From contig JBHLOY010000001.1 of assembly GCA_048939995.1 (NCBI GenBank), forward strand, positions 1 to 64,000: a DNA stretch of 64,000 bases, in the 5' to 3' direction. Shown piece after piece: positions 40,133 to 50,101 of this stretch. The stretch is from Promethearchaeota archaeon (lineage in GTDB: Archaea > Asgardarchaeota > Lokiarchaeia > Sigyniarchaeales > SOKP01). The notes beneath the pieces were generated by a model. It had not been told where the DNA came from. It saw only the letters and a list, made by a program, of their open reading frames with translations, and searched no databases. The stretch's first letter is position 1; the number at the start of each line of letters is the position of its first letter. The position numbers and the translations under genes are program-made.

Positions 40133-40522
40133 CTATTCTACTCTAATTAAGTCCCTACTTGCTATTACATTGGCTTCTAATCCAAGTACATTTTCAATTA
40201 GAATATCCCCCATTTTTATTGGGGCTTCTACTTTCAATATTGCTATTTCTCTTAGAACATCTTTTAATTTATCTTTAAGAATAGCTTTATCGGTTCTTAC
40301 GGGAATTATGGGTAAAAAACCATGCTCTATCCTTATTGTTGTAGTAAGAATTCTCTTAGGTTCATAGAATTCCTGTTGAGAATATTCCAAACCACGATCA
40401 CATGTATATCCTTCGAATGTTACTTTTTCATTAGAATCCTTCTTAACTTTTATTTCACAACCCGTTGGGCATACAATACATCGGATTATTCTTATTGTAC
40501 TTAATTCTGAAATTTTTTTCAC
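40133..40522 (-). CDS. DUF1667 Cys-rich subunit of the glycerol-3-phosphate dehydrogenase operon
   Basis: CIVCPTGC...GYTCDRG...PKRILTTTI. Confidence 0.85.
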   Translation of the reverse strand: MKKISELSTIRIIRCIVCPTGCEIKVKKDSNEKVTFEGYTCDRGLEYSQQEFYEPKRILTTTIRIEHGFLPIIPVRTDKAILKDKLKDVLREIAILKVEAPIKMGDILIENVLGLEANVIASRDLIRVE

Positions 40523-40528
40523 CTCATT

Positions 40529-41827
40529 TTAATCCTCTTCTATTAATACCTCTGGACGAGGAATTACTTCCACTGTAACCGTCTGACAGTTAGGACATAT
40601 TCCTTCTTTCTTTAGATTTATACTTAATTCTACCATTTCACTTGGAATCACATAAACTTTTTTACGCTTATATATAACGCTATTTTCTTCATCTTTAAAT
40701 TGTATGAGTACTCTTCTATCAGGATAACTAACTCTGAAAGTGAAAATTAAATCTTCTGATAGATCACTCTTATTTATTACATCAGGTTTAACGTAGTTCA
40801 CATTTTCTCCTGGGTTAAGTTTAATGATTTCACGAGTCTTGATTTCTTTCCCATATCTTTTTACAATATATTGAACAGCATTGAATCCAGTTCGTTTCGC
40901 TTCAGCTGAAACCAAATCAACCAAATCATGCACTTGTAATACGTTTCCACATGCAAAAATCCCTTCAATAGTAGTTTCTAAGTTATTATCAACAATAGGT
41001 CCACCATTTTTAGAAAGTTCCGCTCCTACTGATAATGTTAATTCATTTTCTGGAATTAGTCCGACTGATAAAAGTAAAGTATCACATTCGATGAACTTCT
41101 CAGACCCCACGATCCGATCAAAATTTCTATCGACTTTAGATATAGTAACTCCTTTAACTCTATCTCTTCCATGAATCTTGGTAACAGTATAACTGGTGAT
41201 CAAAGGGATTTCATAATCCTCCAAACATTGCACTTGATTTCTTAATAAACCACTAACATATGGTTGTATTTCAACTACAGCTTTTACTTTACACCCTTCC
41301 CATGTTAATCTACGTGCCATTATCATCCCAATATCTCCGCTCCCCAAGATCACAAAAGTAGTACCTGGTAGATAACCCTCAATATTTACAAATCGTTGAG
41401 CTTGCCCCGCTGTGTATATTCCTGAAGGCCTGAATCCAGGTATATTTATAGCACCCCTTGTTCTTTCTCTGCAACCCATAGCTAATATGATGGATTTTGC
41501 TCCAATTTCTATAAGACCTTCTTCTTTATTAACAGCGAATACTTTTTTATCCTTAGTTATCTCAATAACCATTGTATCTAATAAGTATGGGATTTTCAAA
41601 TCTTTTACTTGATTAATAAATCTCTGAATATATTCTGGTCCAGTTAATTCTTCTTTGAACTCTTTTAAACCAAATCCATTATGGATACATTGTAAAGTGA
41701 TTCCACCTAATTCTCGATCTCTTTCGACGATCAATACACTTAAATCTGCGTTCTTTACTTCAATAGCAGAGGCTAAACCTGCTGCTCCTGAACCTATAAT
41801 AACTACATCCGTATTATACTTTTTCAT
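40529..41827 (-). CDS. FAD/NAD(P) pyridine nucleotide-disulfide oxidoreductase subunit
   Basis: GSGAAG, QCIHNGFG, GCRERTRG, GSGDIG, GIFACGNV. Confidence 0.9.
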   Translation of the reverse strand: MKKYNTDVVIIGSGAAGLASAIEVKNADLSVLIVERDRELGGITLQCIHNGFGLKEFKEELTGPEYIQRFINQVKDLKIPYLLDTMVIEITKDKKVFAVNKEEGLIEIGAKSIILAMGCRERTRGAINIPGFRPSGIYTAGQAQRFVNIEGYLPGTTFVILGSGDIGMIMARRLTWEGCKVKAVVEIQPYVSGLLRNQVQCLEDYEIPLITSYTVTKIHGRDRVKGVTISKVDRNFDRIVGSEKFIECDTLLLSVGLIPENELTLSVGAELSKNGGPIVDNNLETTIEGIFACGNVLQVHDLVDLVSAEAKRTGFNAVQYIVKRYGKEIKTREIIKLNPGENVNYVKPDVINKSDLSEDLIFTFRVSYPDRRVLIQFKDEENSVIYKRKKVYVIPSEMVELSINLKKEGICPNCQTVTVEVIPRPEVLIEED

Positions 41828-43293
41828 TCATTTACACCTTCCTTTAGTTTTTCAAGTTGAAGATCCTTGGTTTTACCAATTAAGAAGTACGTATCTTCTC
41901 CTCTTTTTGTAACTTCCTCACAAGTTATTCCTAATTCTTTTGATAAGATTTCGATTACACGTGGACGGCAGAAACCACCTCCGCATCTTCCCATACCTGG
42001 ACGACAGCGAAATTTTACGCCATCAACAGTTGTAGCACCCACTTTCATGTGAATTGCATCAATAATTTCTTTTTCTGGGATCATTTCACACCGACAAATA
42101 ATTCTTGCCCAACGGGGATTTTCTTTTATCTTCGCATCTAATTCTGCTTTTGAAAAATCTTTAAATCTTTCTGGCTTAGGGCGTATTGGATTATAATCCT
42201 CTTTATCTTTAAGCTCAACTCCCAATAACTCAAGAAATTCTATGACTCTCTCGGCGATTGCATAACAAGAAGTAAGTCCTGGAGACAGAATCCCAGCAAC
42301 ATTTATAAAGCCGTAAATGTCCGTATTATCCACAATGAAATCATAAGTATCTGGTACTGCCCTTAAACCTGCAAAATTTCTTATTGATGCCCTTAGTGGT
42401 AAATTAGGTACTAAACTTCGCCCTCCTTCTATGATTTCTTTTAAGCCAGCCTCAGTCGTAGAGATATCCTTTTTATCGGTAATATTTTGAGCATTAGGTC
42501 CCACAAATGTATTCCCATGAATCGTTGGGCATACTAAAATCCCTTTGGATACTTTAGTAGGTATAGGAAATAAAATTTTATTCAAATGCATTGCATTACG
42601 ATCGAATAAAATGTACTCACCTTTTCGTGGCATTATCTCGAAATAATCTAGACCAACCATCTTTGAAACTTTAGCAGCATATAAACCTGCAGCATTAATC
42701 AAATTCCGAGTTTGGAATTCATCAGATTTTGTTTTTATTTTAAAAATGTAATCTTGATGCTTAATCTTTATAACTTTTTGGTTTCGGAAGAATTTTACCC
42801 CATTCGTTGCAGCATTTTCAGCAAGAGCAAAAGTCATTTCATAAGGGCTTACAATACCAGCGGTCGGGGCATGTAAAACTCCAATTACATCTTCAGTAAG
42901 GTTAGGTTCCATATATTTAATTTTTTCTTTATCTAGTATTAGTTCTAAACCCGGAATGCCATCTTCTATTCCACGCTTACGCTCTTCTTCAAGCACTTTT
43001 ATTTGATTATCTTCTAAAGCTACTACAAATGATCCAATTCTCTGAAATGGAAATTTCAATTCTTCTGCTGCTTGAGTATAAAGCTTATTTCCTCTTATAC
43101 AGAAATTTCGCCTTATATGCTCTCTTGGTGCACCATAACCTGCATGAACAACTCCTGAATTTGCCTTTGTTGTACCACAAGCAAGATCTGCCTCTTTTTC
43201 TAGTAAACAAATCTTTAAGTCGTACTTAGATAAAGTACGTGCAATGCAACATCCAGTTACTCCACCACCAATTATAATAACATCATATATCAA
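41824..43293 (-). CDS. glpA: FAD-dependent glycerol-3-phosphate dehydrogenase-like (GlpA/LhgO family) with BFD-like [2Fe-2S] domain
   Basis: GGGVTG, TKANSGVVHAG, RKGEY, SPGLT, ICRCE, GMGRCGGGFC; three-gene operon with oxidoreductase and DUF1667. Confidence 0.8.
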   Translation of the reverse strand: MIYDVIIIGGGVTGCCIARTLSKYDLKICLLEKEADLACGTTKANSGVVHAGYGAPREHIRRNFCIRGNKLYTQAAEELKFPFQRIGSFVVALEDNQIKVLEEERKRGIEDGIPGLELILDKEKIKYMEPNLTEDVIGVLHAPTAGIVSPYEMTFALAENAATNGVKFFRNQKVIKIKHQDYIFKIKTKSDEFQTRNLINAAGLYAAKVSKMVGLDYFEIMPRKGEYILFDRNAMHLNKILFPIPTKVSKGILVCPTIHGNTFVGPNAQNITDKKDISTTEAGLKEIIEGGRSLVPNLPLRASIRNFAGLRAVPDTYDFIVDNTDIYGFINVAGILSPGLTSCYAIAERVIEFLELLGVELKDKEDYNPIRPKPERFKDFSKAELDAKIKENPRWARIICRCEMIPEKEIIDAIHMKVGATTVDGVKFRCRPGMGRCGGGFCRPRVIEILSKELGITCEEVTKRGEDTYFLIGKTKDLQLEKLKEGVNE

Positions 43294-43400
43294 TTTATAT
43301 TCCCTAACTAATATGTTAAATCAAGAACGCGATTTATGTTATAAATTGTATGATTTCTTTAAAATTTATTTAGAAAGAAGAAATTCTAAATAATTAAGAT

Positions 43401-43754
43401 TTAAAATAAGATAGTAAATAACCAAAATAAGTTAAAAATCAATGCAATTACTATTAAGGTAATTGTGATTGGATTAAACACCACGCCTCTCAAGGATTTT
43501 GAAAATTTTAATTGAATATCACCTTTTAGTAAATTTTCAATTGGTTTAAATTTAGGATTGATTGCTTCTTTGAGATGATAAGATCCTAGAAAGCTTGGTG
43601 TGGAAAGCCTTTTAATTACATTGTTGAAACCATTAGCAGTAAATGGATTTAATCCAGTTTTAGACTTAATGTTGAATTCTTCTTCATAATTGTGAATAAT
43701 CTTTGCTTCACTTAAAGATTCGTCATCATTCTTATAGGTTTTAGGTTTTGTCAT
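43401..43754 (-). CDS. Tail-anchored membrane protein
   Basis: Single C-terminal TM (PITITLIVIALIFNLFWLFTILF). Confidence 0.6.
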   Translation of the reverse strand: MTKPKTYKNDDESLSEAKIIHNYEEEFNIKSKTGLNPFTANGFNNVIKRLSTPSFLGSYHLKEAINPKFKPIENLLKGDIQLKFSKSLRGVVFNPITITLIVIALIFNLFWLFTILF

Positions 43755-43855
43755 AAATAACTCTTATAAAGTTTTAATTCATGAAATAAAAATATAAACA
43801 TTCTTAAAATTTTTACGTTTATATAGAATAAAGTTCTTTAAAATTACTATTTTTC

Positions 43856-44275
43856 TTACGACCAAAAAGCTTCCTTTAATTTATCTACAGGTTTTTCTAA
43901 AGAATTCTCAATAAATTGCCCAAAATTAGCAAAAATAGATACATCACCATCCCATTTAAGTAAATCTTCAGAAGAGTAGATATCAAAAAATTTATCACTT
44001 ATTACTTTTAATTCATCCACCACTTTTTTTTCCTTAGTCTTGTTTAAAGCAGTACCTACAAAAAGAAAGTCCCTACGTCTTACAATTGTAAATCTTATGT
44101 TGCTCATTTCAAAATTAGAGATACCTCCATTAGAGAGTTTTTCTGCAAAAGTATTTAAAGCAGACATTAGCGCGCCAAATAATTGAGGATTAATTTTTTC
44201 ATGATCTGCAACTCTAGAAAACAGAGTAACTCCAGTAGATGTAAGAATCCATAAGTCTTTAACTATTTTTGCCAC
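43856..44275 (-). CDS. Longin-domain protein (Asgard type)
   Basis: LWILTSTGVTLFSR...QLFGALMSALNTFAEKL...FLFVG...FFDIY...WDGDVSIF longin pattern. Confidence 0.8.
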   Translation of the reverse strand: MAKIVKDLWILTSTGVTLFSRVADHEKINPQLFGALMSALNTFAEKLSNGGISNFEMSNIRFTIVRRRDFLFVGTALNKTKEKKVVDELKVISDKFFDIYSSEDLLKWDGDVSIFANFGQFIENSLEKPVDKLKEAFWS

Positions 44276-44440
44276 AATTATCCCTATATCTTTGAATCAA
44301 TGTCAAAAATCTTGGTAAAAATATAAAAAATTTTTATGCTTATCTCTTTAAGAAGATATATCTATTTATTATAATATAAATTATTACCTCTTTAAAATTG
44401 CATTTTTTTTCAATTTAGTCAAAGTAAGGGATTTACACTT

Positions 44441-45325
44441 ATGGAATGGAGAACCAAATTAACTCAAATGACGGGCATAGAATTTCCCATAATAATGGGT
44501 GCTTTTGCTGGTGTAGGTAGAGCAAAGTTTGCAGCTGCTTTTTCGAATGCTGGTGGTTTAGGTATTATCACCGCATTAAATTTTGATACAGTTGACCAGT
44601 TTTTAAATGAATTAAATCTTATAAATACCTTAACAAACAAGCCATTTGGAATCAATTTTTCCATAATGCCCCCTCAGATGGCAAAAAAAGTTCCAAAGCC
44701 AAGATCAGAAGATTTTTACATAGCTTTTCTAGATATGGCTTTAGATCATGGAGTTAAAATTTTTACAACCTCAGCATATCAGGCTCCTCATATTGGAAAA
44801 AAAATACAAGATAATGGAGGATTATGGTTTCATAAATGCACGACTTTGAAACATGCTCTATCTGCTGAGAAGTTAGGAGCTGATGCAGTGACCTTAGTCG
44901 GATTGGAAGGGACAGGTTTTAAGAATCCTTTGCAGAATACTACTCTTGTAAATATTACAATGGCTAAGAAACTTTTAAAAATACCGGTTATTGCAGCCGG
45001 AGGGATCGGTAACGCACGTGGTTTTCTAGCAGCTCTTGCGATGGGAGCTGAAGCAGTGTGTTTCGGTACAGCTATTTTAGCAACCAAAGAATGTACTATA
45101 CCATCTAGTTATAAAATGAAACTTATTAACCAAGATATTTTTGATGAAAAATTTTACAAGCAGATTTATCATTTTCAATTAAAAGATAAAAGCATCTGGA
45201 GTCCAGCAGCCGGACATATTGAGAAGGTTGTTCCCGTGAAAACTTTTATTGAAAATATTATTTCTGAAGCTGAGACAATTTTAAAATCATGGGGTTATCG
45301 TGGAAATGAATTTAACACAATCTAG
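44441..45325 (+). CDS. Nitronate monooxygenase / FabK-like FMN oxidoreductase
   Basis: PIIMG, SNAGGLG, GADAV...GLEG, PVIAAGGI, ALAMGAEAVCFGT. Confidence 0.85.
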   Translation: MEWRTKLTQMTGIEFPIIMGAFAGVGRAKFAAAFSNAGGLGIITALNFDTVDQFLNELNLINTLTNKPFGINFSIMPPQMAKKVPKPRSEDFYIAFLDMALDHGVKIFTTSAYQAPHIGKKIQDNGGLWFHKCTTLKHALSAEKLGADAVTLVGLEGTGFKNPLQNTTLVNITMAKKLLKIPVIAAGGIGNARGFLAALAMGAEAVCFGTAILATKECTIPSSYKMKLINQDIFDEKFYKQIYHFQLKDKSIWSPAAGHIEKVVPVKTFIENIISEAETILKSWGYRGNEFNTI

Positions 45326-45333
45326 TAGAGAAG

Positions 45334-46626
45334 GTGAATCAAATACAATTTGATTATGGTACAAAAGGATTAGAAATTCATTTACACCTAGATTGGAACA
45401 CAACTATAATTAGAGCAAAGAAACAGGAAATATTTAAAAATCCTTTAGAACTCATCAAAGACTGGATTAACAACCCTATTGGTACAATGCCTTTGCGAGA
45501 GATCCTCAAGCAGAAGAAAAAAATAAAACAAGTTTGTATTGTGGTTTCAGATGCTACACGACCAGTTCCTTCCCAGATTATTCTTAAGGCTATTATAGCT
45601 GAACTAAATGAATATGGAATTACAGACGATAAAATTTTAATATTAATTGCTACAGGACTTCATCGAACTTCTTATGAAAATGAAATAGATAGGATTTTGG
45701 GAGACAATCTAAAAAAAAGAGTAAGATATGTAGATCATAACGCAAAAGATAAGAAAATTCTTATTTTTTTGGGTCAAACTAAAGATGATACACCAATTTT
45801 TATCAATAAACGATATCTTGATAGTGACTTAAAAATTTTAACAGGCTATGTTGAACCACATTTCTTTTTTGGATTTTCTGGTGGCAAAAAATCGATAGTA
45901 CCTGGGATTGCGGGTATAGAAACAATTCAAGCGAATCATTCACCGAATAATATTGATTCTCAGTATGCTAGATTTGGGATTTATAAGGACAATCCAATGG
46001 CTAAAAATTCAACTGAAATTGCTCATTTAGCAGGTGTAGACTTTATGGTGAATGTTTGTATTAATGAGAATCATGAGATCACTCAAGTGGCCGCGGGAGA
46101 TTTGGAAGAAGTCCATAAAAGATTAGTAAATTATCAATTAAACTATATTTTTGAAGAATTGGATAATCCATTTGATATTGTAATTTGCGGTAATGGTGGT
46201 TATCCATTAGACCTCAACTTATATCAAGCCGTAAAAAGTATGGCAATAGGAGAAATAGCTGTTAAAGAAGGAGGTACTATTATTTCTGTAAATGAATGCA
46301 TAGATGGAATTGGAAAGGGACACGAGAAATTCAAAGAGTTACTTTTCTCTAATAAAGAACCAAGTGAACTTTATAATGAAATATTGAATAGTGACATAGA
46401 AATCCTTGATCAATGGGAAATTCAAATATTAGCGCGAATCATGATGAAAGCTGAAATCTATGTTGTATCTACCTTAAAAGAAACAGAATTAGGAAATATT
46501 GGCTTGAAATATGCAAAATCTGTTGAGAGTGCTATAAAATCCTCTTTGTTAAAACATGGGAAAAATGCTAAAATATTAATCTTACCTAATGGACCCCAAA
46601 TTATTCCCAAATTAAAAAATTCATGA
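45334..46626 (+). CDS. larA: LarA-family nickel-pincer racemase/epimerase
   Basis: SDATRP, ATGLHR, EPHFFFGFSGGKKS, GGYPLDLNLYQAVK. Confidence 0.88.
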   Translation: MNQIQFDYGTKGLEIHLHLDWNTTIIRAKKQEIFKNPLELIKDWINNPIGTMPLREILKQKKKIKQVCIVVSDATRPVPSQIILKAIIAELNEYGITDDKILILIATGLHRTSYENEIDRILGDNLKKRVRYVDHNAKDKKILIFLGQTKDDTPIFINKRYLDSDLKILTGYVEPHFFFGFSGGKKSIVPGIAGIETIQANHSPNNIDSQYARFGIYKDNPMAKNSTEIAHLAGVDFMVNVCINENHEITQVAAGDLEEVHKRLVNYQLNYIFEELDNPFDIVICGNGGYPLDLNLYQAVKSMAIGEIAVKEGGTIISVNECIDGIGKGHEKFKELLFSNKEPSELYNEILNSDIEILDQWEIQILARIMMKAEIYVVSTLKETELGNIGLKYAKSVESAIKSSLLKHGKNAKILILPNGPQIIPKLKNS

Positions 46627-46904
46627 TTTAACGACGAAAACAGCTTCTTTACTAGGGTTTTAAAATTATTAATTAGATTTTTTCCACCTTTTTTCGATCT
46701 ATCATGTAAAATGGGTTTGTTGCCCCACAGAATACTATGATGATGGATAAAATTTTTAAATATTAGAGTTACTTACTACATCATTGGATAGATTTAAATT
46801 ATATGATTTCAATGGGAGATATTATCATTTATATTTTAAAAGGATTAAATTTTATTATCCTTATTTTGATATTATCATTGAATTAATACAAAAAAGTGAA
46901 AAAC

Positions 46905-47837
46905 ATGAGTTACAAAGATAGACTCCGGAACTATTCGGGACGATCTACCAGTTCAGATGAGGCTAGTTGCAGTGATGGATGTTGCGACAATCCATGTATT
47001 GAATCAAGAGATGGAGATATTGTTTGTTTAAATTGCGGTATGATTCAAAGCCGAAATCTAGTTGGTAATGAAAGAAGGGCATATACTGTAGAAGAAGTTA
47101 ATAAAAGGAGAAGGACTGAACCACGATGGAGGGAATTTGGTCCTAGGACTATGCTTCCCAACACCAAGATCGATTCAAAAGGACGGTTGATTAATGCGAA
47201 AGGAAAGACACTATTTTCAAGGTTATCCAAGATCCAGAATTCATTGATTTCAAGTATTGAACGGAACTTTTGGGAAGCAAAACCAAAATTAAAAATGCTT
47301 ACTTCCAAAATGAATATCCCCGAATATATCAAAGAAACTGCATGGAAAATTTATTCGGTTGTGGCTAAAAAGAAGCTAACAATGGGTCGATCAATTGACG
47401 GTTTTATCGCTGCTTCACTATATGCAGCAATAAGAGTTCATGAATTTCCAAGATTATTAGAAGAAGTTTGTGATGCTTCCATGACTCCAAGAAGAACTGT
47501 CCATCGAAGTTTAGGGATGGTAGTAAAAGAAGTATTACCAGAGCTTAATTTGAGGTATAAGCCGATTACCGCTGAACAATTAGTGTTTCGATTTGGTAAC
47601 GACTTAGGTTTGCCTATGGAGGTACAGAAGAAAGCAATTAATATGCTTACTCAAGCTTCTAAAAACGGGTTATTGCGTACAGGAAAAGATCCAAAAGGTT
47701 TAGCTGCAAGTGTTATTTATATGGCTGCAAAACAAAGCAACTGCCGAAAAACTCAAGCTGAAGTTTCAGAGATAGCAAAGGTCACCGAAGTCACACTAAG
47801 GAGTAGATCAAAACAGATAAAAAGCAAACTTGGTTAA
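46905..47837 (+). CDS. tfb: Transcription initiation factor IIB
   Basis: Zn ribbon (VCLNCG), two cyclin folds (GRSIDGFIAASLY; GKDPKGLAASVIY; TQAEVSEIAKVTEVTLR); ATG 46905 or GTG 46896. Confidence 0.93.
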   Translation: MSYKDRLRNYSGRSTSSDEASCSDGCCDNPCIESRDGDIVCLNCGMIQSRNLVGNERRAYTVEEVNKRRRTEPRWREFGPRTMLPNTKIDSKGRLINAKGKTLFSRLSKIQNSLISSIERNFWEAKPKLKMLTSKMNIPEYIKETAWKIYSVVAKKKLTMGRSIDGFIAASLYAAIRVHEFPRLLEEVCDASMTPRRTVHRSLGMVVKEVLPELNLRYKPITAEQLVFRFGNDLGLPMEVQKKAINMLTQASKNGLLRTGKDPKGLAASVIYMAAKQSNCRKTQAEVSEIAKVTEVTLRSRSKQIKSKLG

Positions 47838-48022
47838 TCCTAGTAAGATAAATCAAATTTGAGTTAATTGGAGAGTATTTTATTTTTCTTTTTTTTAATA
47901 TTTTTCCTTATTCTAAATACCATTTTTAGTAAATCCTATTAATTCAAAAAAGAAATGCATAAATATATGTCTAAAACACATTTATAAACGATAGAATATT
48001 ATCATAAATCGGTGAGAACTCG

Positions 48023-49240
48023 TTGGATGCTTTTATTCTATTAATGAGTATCATTAGCGTATTTATTGGTTACATAATTGGAACTATTAATCCAGGGTAC
48101 TTTTTTGGACGCCTTAAAAAGATTGATATTCGGGAAGTAGGTACTCGAAATGCTGGCACTTCAAATGTGTATAAGATATTAGGTATTGCTTACGCGGTTC
48201 CGACCGCTATTTATGATACTCTTAAGGGATTGTTATCTATGTTTATCGCATATCTTCTTGGAGCAGATTATGTATTCATACAAATTAGTGGACTTGTGGC
48301 TATATTAGGGCATATTTTTCCCTTCTATCTACGTTTTCGAGGAGGTCAGGGAATGGCAACTTCTACCGGGATTTTATTGTATTACCTTGTTAATTATTTT
48401 ACTTATAGTATAGAAATTCTCTTTATCTTGTTATTCTTGTTAATAATTGTTGCGATATTTGGGTATGTTACTAAAGTTGGAGAAATTATTGGTATTATGG
48501 TCATTCCAGTACTTGCTTACGCGCTTTTTATTTATTACCCAGAAGTCCCCTATACAATCTACCTCACGATAATACTAGCTTATATTGTCTTCATAGGTCT
48601 TTACAATACAATCACTAAAAAAAAGATGGTTATTGAAGATGAAACTTTTAAGCTTCATTGGTGGAGAACTGCAACTAGACCATTTGCAGTGTTATTTATT
48701 TTATTTTATGTTTTTCTTTCCAAAGGAATAGCAATTACAATAATAGGTATTGTTGGATTATGTTTTATTATTTTAGATATTACCAGATTTATACATAAAC
48801 AAACAAATTTGTTAATAACAACTAAAGTAAAAGCCTTCTTTAGGAAAGGTGAAGAAAAGAAGTTTTCTTCAATGACGTTATTTCTTGTCGCAGCTTTTAT
48901 TACCATGCTTCTTTTTGATGAATCGATAGCAATAACAGCATTAATTTTTTTGATTTTTGGTGATATTTTCTCTAAAATTTTTGGGCTAGCATTTGGAAGA
49001 CATACTATTTTTGAAAAAACACTTGAGGGAACTCTTGCTTATTATGGAGCGGTATTAATCACTGGATTCTTCCTATTTACAACATTACATATTCACCCTG
49101 CAATTTTAATAATTGGAGGTATTTCAGCACCTTTAGTAGAATTATTCTCATTTCAACTAAATGATAATTTTACGGTTTCCCTTATTTGCGGTACAATTAT
49201 GACAGTAGGAACTTTTTTTGGGGTACCAAAAACCCTCTAA
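48023..49240 (+). CDS. plsY: PlsY-like acyltransferase fused to a CTP-dependent lipid kinase (DGK1/phytol/dolichol kinase family)
   Basis: DIREVGTRNAGTSNV, DTLKG, GHIFPFYLRFRGGQG; C-terminal GDIFSKIFG, KTLEG, DNFTV. Confidence 0.8.
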   Translation: MDAFILLMSIISVFIGYIIGTINPGYFFGRLKKIDIREVGTRNAGTSNVYKILGIAYAVPTAIYDTLKGLLSMFIAYLLGADYVFIQISGLVAILGHIFPFYLRFRGGQGMATSTGILLYYLVNYFTYSIEILFILLFLLIIVAIFGYVTKVGEIIGIMVIPVLAYALFIYYPEVPYTIYLTIILAYIVFIGLYNTITKKKMVIEDETFKLHWWRTATRPFAVLFILFYVFLSKGIAITIIGIVGLCFIILDITRFIHKQTNLLITTKVKAFFRKGEEKKFSSMTLFLVAAFITMLLFDESIAITALIFLIFGDIFSKIFGLAFGRHTIFEKTLEGTLAYYGAVLITGFFLFTTLHIHPAILIIGGISAPLVELFSFQLNDNFTVSLICGTIMTVGTFFGVPKTL

Positions 49241-49307
49241 GAGATAATTATAGGGTCTTTAATTAAAAGGATAACATTTTAAATTCTTACTTTGTCTTCT
49301 TTTTAAC

Positions 49308-50048
49308 ATGGCTTATATTGAGAAAAAATATAAAAGGAAGATTGCAGAGATCTTTGAGGGTCTAATTGAATTAGATAATGAAGTACTTAGCCAGTTCAAT
49401 AAAAAATCAATTACCTGTGTAGACGATATAGCGAAATTATGTGCTCAATGTAATAGAAAGATTAACAAGATTTTAAAACAATATTATCCCGAAATAAAGA
49501 ATCTTGAAGATAAGTTAAAGATTAAAGCTTCATTAAAGTTTTATTTTGAATTAATTAATAAATTGACTGATTTTGTTAAGAATGTAGAACAATTTCTGAA
49601 AATGGATGATAAATATTATGATAGTTTAATCAAATTTATGGAAGAAAAGGAAAATTTGATATCGGGAAAGTTTGCATATATTTCAGCACAAGAATTGACT
49701 GCTTTTTACGATAAGAAAACAAGAGATAATTTGGAAAAAATATTAGCTGAAAAACTTGAAAGAAAAGAAAGAGAATATTTTGTAATCGGTCCATTAGAGC
49801 AAGAAATAAGAAAAATAGGTAAAACATCGGGTGCAAAATTAATCTCCATTACTCGACCTGAAAGAAGTCATAAAATTATTTTAAACAATGTAGAATCAGT
49901 TATTAATTATTCAGAAGGCCTGCTAGACGAGCAAATAGAAAAAATAGGAAATGCTATCAAAAATTATTTAGAATCAAAAAAGTTCGATGTGCTTATTCAA
50001 AAGGGCTCAATTTTAACAAATGCCAGACTATTACCAGATAATAATTAA
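49308..50048 (+). CDS. Hypothetical protein
   Basis: 246-aa ORF with ATG start between plsY-like and proS. Confidence 0.6.
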   Translation: MAYIEKKYKRKIAEIFEGLIELDNEVLSQFNKKSITCVDDIAKLCAQCNRKINKILKQYYPEIKNLEDKLKIKASLKFYFELINKLTDFVKNVEQFLKMDDKYYDSLIKFMEEKENLISGKFAYISAQELTAFYDKKTRDNLEKILAEKLERKEREYFVIGPLEQEIRKIGKTSGAKLISITRPERSHKIILNNVESVINYSEGLLDEQIEKIGNAIKNYLESKKFDVLIQKGSILTNARLLPDNN

Positions 50049-50101
50049 TCTCATTTTTACTCATAAAATATTTAAAATTTCATGAATTTTTTAAATAGAT
50101 T

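Noticed and set aside
46627-46895. Possible C/D box sRNA upstream of tfb (ATGATGA near 46737)
   Set aside because: No downstream CTGA box D or terminal stem at a suitable distance.
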